Shown: in pieces, positions 59,634 through 64,000 of the stretch | Layout: each line of letters begins with the position of its first letter | Position numbering within the stretch: position 1 is the stretch's first letter | Source of the DNA: Balanoglossus misakiensis | Taxonomy: Eukaryota; Animalia; Hemichordata | Direction: 5' to 3' | Assembly: GCA_040954595.2 (NCBI GenBank) | Contig: CM082597.2 | Span: 7,894,343 to 7,958,342 of the forward strand | Length of the DNA: 64,000 nucleotides | The notes under the pieces: generated by a model | Database searches by the model: none | Seen by the model: the letters and a program-made list of their open reading frames with translations, nothing else | What the model was told of the DNA's origin: nothing | Translations under genes and position numbers: made by a program

Positions 59634-62600
59634 ATGGCTACGGGTGGAGTTGATGATGAAGCTCAATGCTCAGTACTTGTTGATGATATTCCATTTGAAT
59701 GTAGTAGACAAGAGATTGAAGAGCACATGAGTTCTGTTGGTGAAATTTACAGAGTTGTATTACCTTTTGATACTGTTACACAACAAAACATGGGTTATGG
59801 TTTATTTTTGTACGAAAATGAAATGGTAGCTCGTGAAGCTATGACTTCTTTAAACCGATCACAGTTAAGATCTTCATATATTACTGTTGCTCATGTACCA
59901 TCTTTTATGAGAAAACAATTGAGACAACGAGATGATGATGTTACTCCCACAACAACTCATGACCAGTCCACTGCACAACCAGACCGTCCACCACAGGGAA
60001 GACCATCTGCAGAACAGTCTACTACTAGTGTTCAGAATACTGTAACCAGGCCTACAACTTCAAGTGCAGTACAGCCTCAGATGACAGTACCTGCTACGTT
60101 ATTTCAGCCACCCCGAATTTCTACATTTTCTGGGAATACAAGCGGTAAAGCCGATGTTAGCTTCGAGTCCTGGAAGTATGAGGTGGAATGCTTGGTTGGA
60201 ACTCACAGTACTGACATTTTGTTGCCTGCAGTCAAGAAATCCTTGAGAGGTCAGCCTGGAGAGATTGTCATGCGAATGGGACCTACTGTTTCTATAGATG
60301 CTATATTTGACAAATTAGAAGGGATCTATGGTATTGTGGAGAGTGGAGCTACATTGTTACAACAGGTCTACAATAGTGTCCAGAAAGAAGGTGAATCTGT
60401 TGCAGACTTTGGTTGCCGTCTCGAATTAGCTATACACAAGGCCAGAGAGCGTGGAGGAATAACTTCAGCAGCAGTGGATGAAACTCTACGAACTGTGTTT
60501 TGGCGAGGGCTAAGGGATGAACGAATCAAGAATGTCGCAAGGCACGAGTACAAGAACTGTCAAACTTTTGATAAACTACTACAGGTTGTCAGACTGGCAG
60601 AGGAAGAAGTACGAGAGTCTTGCAGTGAAGGTAGTACCAAGCTCGTCACCACAACCACTACAGCAAAGTACCCCAAGACCAGTAAATCCCAACAGTCGGT
60701 GGCATCTAGCAAAGACATTCCTGACCCAGCTGCAGAGATCACAACGCTACGCAATACTGTGGAAAGCTTGACAGCAAGATTGGCTAAACTGGAACAGAGA
60801 GACATTTCAATAGACAGAGGCAGAGGTAGACCACGTGAACGAAAACCTGCTAGAAGCCGAGGAAACTGTTTCAACTGTGGTGAAGGAGGACATTATGCGA
60901 GGAATTGCCCAAAACGGAAGATGGATGGAAGACCAACCAAACATCCCACAAGTCAGCCTACAGTGCTCAATTGGTCTCAAAACCCAGAGAACATATTGTT
61001 GGCAAGTACTAATGTCATGAACCGGATTGTTGGTGAAGCAAATGAGGAAACTGCTTTTGTTAACGGCGTGCCCTGCAAAAGTCTCATCGACACTGGTTCT
61101 CAGGTAACCACAATCAGCGAGTCATTCTACAATCAGCACCTGTCCGACCAACCCATTCAGCCTTTGACCGACTTTCTGTCCATTGAAGGTGCCGGAGGCC
61201 AGAATGTACCATTCTTGGGATACGTAGAACTACAAATCACTTTCCCACTAGAATCTTTTGGGTGTGAAGATGCCTTTGATGTATTGACATTGATAGTTCC
61301 AGACAATAAGTACAATAGTCGAGTGCCTCTTACAGTTGGTACCAACCTGATGAGTGAATGTTGACAATACTGCAGAGAGATGCGTGGTTCAAAGTTTATG
61401 AGACACACTGCGATGACATCTACCTGGAAAGCTGCATACAGTCGTCTGAACGCCAGAGACCGCTTCAGTGGATTGAATGGCAAGCTTGGTACAGTGAGGG
61501 CTAGTTTGAAACAACCAGTCAAGATATTAGCTGGTGAGACTACTGTGCTAGAAGGTACAGCTAAAGCTGGTCCCAAAGGCGACGAGTATGTTGTCGTAGT
61601 TGAGCCAGTTGATGGTACAGGACTATCTGGACATCTGATGATCAGCCCAGTTGCAGTGACGATGAGATGTGTTGGAAGGAATAGCCGTATTCCGGTTCAA
61701 GTCCATAATATCTCTGCAAAACCACTTACAGTGAGACCAGGGGACATACTTGGTGAAGTCTATGCAGTAACATGGGCGGGACAACCTTCCAGCTATGAAG
61801 CATTGTGTAATCGACAATCGGTTAGTGATCCTGTTGACATTGGTACCAGAGGTCCAAAACAACCAAACCTGGAATTCAATTTAGAGAAGTCTCCATTGAC
61901 CAGATCACAGAAAAGACGGGGATTAGACCTACTCCATAGGATGTCACCAGTCTTTGCCAAAGATGAAAATGATCTGGGATACACCACAGCTATAGAGCAC
62001 AAAATACCTCTCACTGATGACAAACCCTTCCGACAACCATATCGCAGAATTCCACCATCCCAATATGATGAATTGAAAAAACTTCTGCAAAGTATGCTTG
62101 ACAGTAACGTTATTCGAGACTCCCATAGTCCTTATGCATCACCTATTGTTCTTGTTACCAAGAAGGATGGTTCGACGAGACTATGCATTGACTATCGTAA
62201 GCTGAATGCAAAAACTGTCCGTGACTCTTATGCACTACCTCGGATAGAGGAATCTCTAGATGCACTGAGTGGTTCGCATTGGTTTACATCAATAGACCTC
62301 AAATCAGGATACTGGCAGATTGGCGTTGCTGAGGATGACAAGCCAAAGACAGCCTTTGTGACACCCCTGGGTTTTTATGAAGCAAACCGAATGCCGTTTG
62401 GACTGATGAACGCTCCAAGTACGTTTCAACGACTCATGGAGAAATGTTTGGGTGACTACAACTTCAAACAATGTCTTGTTTACTTGGATTATATCATCGT
62501 ATTTTCTGCTACATTCGAAGAACATCTTCGTAGACTAGAAGCAGTATTTAATCGCCTGATGTCATATGGACTGAAGGTAAAGCTGTCGAAGTGCCAGTTC

Positions 62601-64000
62601 TTTCAAAAGGAAGTGAAGTATCTTGGACATATCGTTTCAGCAGAAGGTGTGAAAACTGATCCTGAAAAAGTGTCAGCACTGAAGACTTGGCCAGTTCCAC
62701 AAAATGCAAAGGAGGTGAAATCATTTGTTGGTTTTGCTGGTTACTTTAGACGTTTTGTGCCAGGATTTTCCAAGATTTGCAAGCCACTTCATGAACTGAT
62801 GGGAGGAAAGCCAACAAGAAAGAAGAAAGGACAGAAGAAAAATGAGCAAAGTCACAAGTCAGCTGATCCAGTATTCAAGTGGACTCCTGATTGTCAAACA
62901 GCGTTTGAGACCGTGATAGAGAAACTCACGTCATCACCTACACTTGGTTTTGCCAACTACAACTATCCTTTCGAACTGCATACTGATGCAAGTCATGTAG
63001 GATTGGGAGCCGCACTTTACCAGGAGCAAGAAGGAAGAAAGCGAGTTATAGCCTATGCAAGTAGAAGCCTCTCTAAAAGTGAGAAACACTACCCTGCACA
63101 TAAACTAGAGTTCTTGGCTCTTCATTGGGCAGTAACAAAGAAGTTCCACGACTATTTGTATGGCAACAGATTCAAGGTAGTCACAGACAACAATCCGCTC
63201 ACCTATGTCACTACAAGTGCCAAATTGGATGCCACGGGCCACAGATGGTTGGCAGCCTTGTCCACATACAATTTTACCTTGGAGTATCGTCCCGGCCGTA
63301 GGAATGGAGATGCCGATGGCTTATCTCGCCGACCTCACAGACATGATCTGTTGGAACAATCAAGTACACAAGAGCCAACAGTAGTAGTTTCTGAAAATGG
63401 AGTCAGAGCTGTTTGCCATTATCATGTGGACTGCCTCAACCATGACCAGCATATGGATGCTGCGTACTCTGTAGTAGAAGCTGTGTGTGCATGTCCAGAT
63501 GGAGTACCTGATGCGTTGGATACCCCGATACCATGGCCTGGTACTGAATCATTGCCTTGCATTACTATGGACCAGTGGAATCGCCTTCAGCAGCAAGATG
63601 ATGTAATAAGCCGTGTTTGTAAATATAAACAGAGGGAGAGATATCCAAGTTCCGAAGAATGGAAAAAGGAATCCACAGAAGTACAATTACTTCTGAAGGA
63701 ATGGAATCGTCTCTGTATTCGGAATGGCGTATTGCATCGCTGTCGCAAGACTGCTGAGGGTCTGACTGTGTACCAGTTGATTTTGCCCAAGGTCTACAGA
63801 GATGACGCTATGAGTGGTGTTCATGACCAAGTTGGCCATCTAGGAAAAGAACGTACATTGGATCTTTTGAGAGCCCGCTTCTATTGGCCCAAAATGTCTC
63901 AGGATGTAGATGCCAAGATTAACAGTTGCAAACAGTGTATACTACGCAAAGCAACAGGAAGACGAGAGACTGCTCCATTGGTAAATGTACGTACATCGCA
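59634..64000 (+). pseudogene. Gag-pol: RRM, PNMA-like capsid, CCHC, protease, RT, RNase H, integrase Zn finger; premature TGA at 61362-61364 and YLDD reads YLDY
   Basis: FSG..SFESWKYEV, CFNCGEGGHYARNC, LIDTGSQVT, CIDYRKLN, MPFGLMNAPSTFQR, LHTDASH, GDADGLSR, HDQVGH..CKQC; same frame either side of the TGA. Confidence 0.9.

Larger units (their letters stand above)
57645..64000 (+). mobile_element. Ty3/Gypsy element 2 (PNMA-like Gag), running off the window
   Basis: Putative LTR TGTAAG...CTTACA (57645-59096), PBS, and a single gag-pol frame. Confidence 0.92.

Noticed and set aside
61362-61364. Programmed readthrough of TGA-CAA in Gypsy 2
   Set aside because: The stop lies after the protease rather than at the gag end, and the copy also has YLDY, so a point mutation is more likely. 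Other copies would decide it.

Overview
Eukaryotic (metazoan) DNA, most likely from an invertebrate deuterostome such as a hemichordate; this is inferred from the repeat families and domain repertoire. On the + strand lies a multi-exon host locus for large extracellular proteins. One set of phase-compatible exons reads HYR / PAN-Apple / HYR / polycystin-1-like GAIN and ends in a stop 8 codons after the GPS cleavage point. A second, apparently decaying SRCR-HYR-EGF exon set follows. More than half of the window is nested mobile DNA. A Ngaro-type tyrosine-recombinase retrotransposon (1.8-23.7 kb) is split by a full-length Gypsy and by a LINE 3' end, which itself contains a 10-kb Russian-doll stack of DINE-1/Helentron-like elements, and it is cut at its 5' end by an Academ foldback derivative. 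Also present are Penelope fragments with hammerhead ribozymes, a Crypton that landed inside a hammerhead, several Crypton-like, Kolobok-like and mariner-like MITEs, a hAT remnant, a 91-bp satellite, and a second Gypsy with an RRM-PNMA-like Gag inserted into an EGF exon. The most interesting signal is an end architecture shared by the Crypton and its non-autonomous relatives: an internal sequence complementary to the joined termini, differing from the junction by a 2-nt offset. All calls were made by eye, without database searches.
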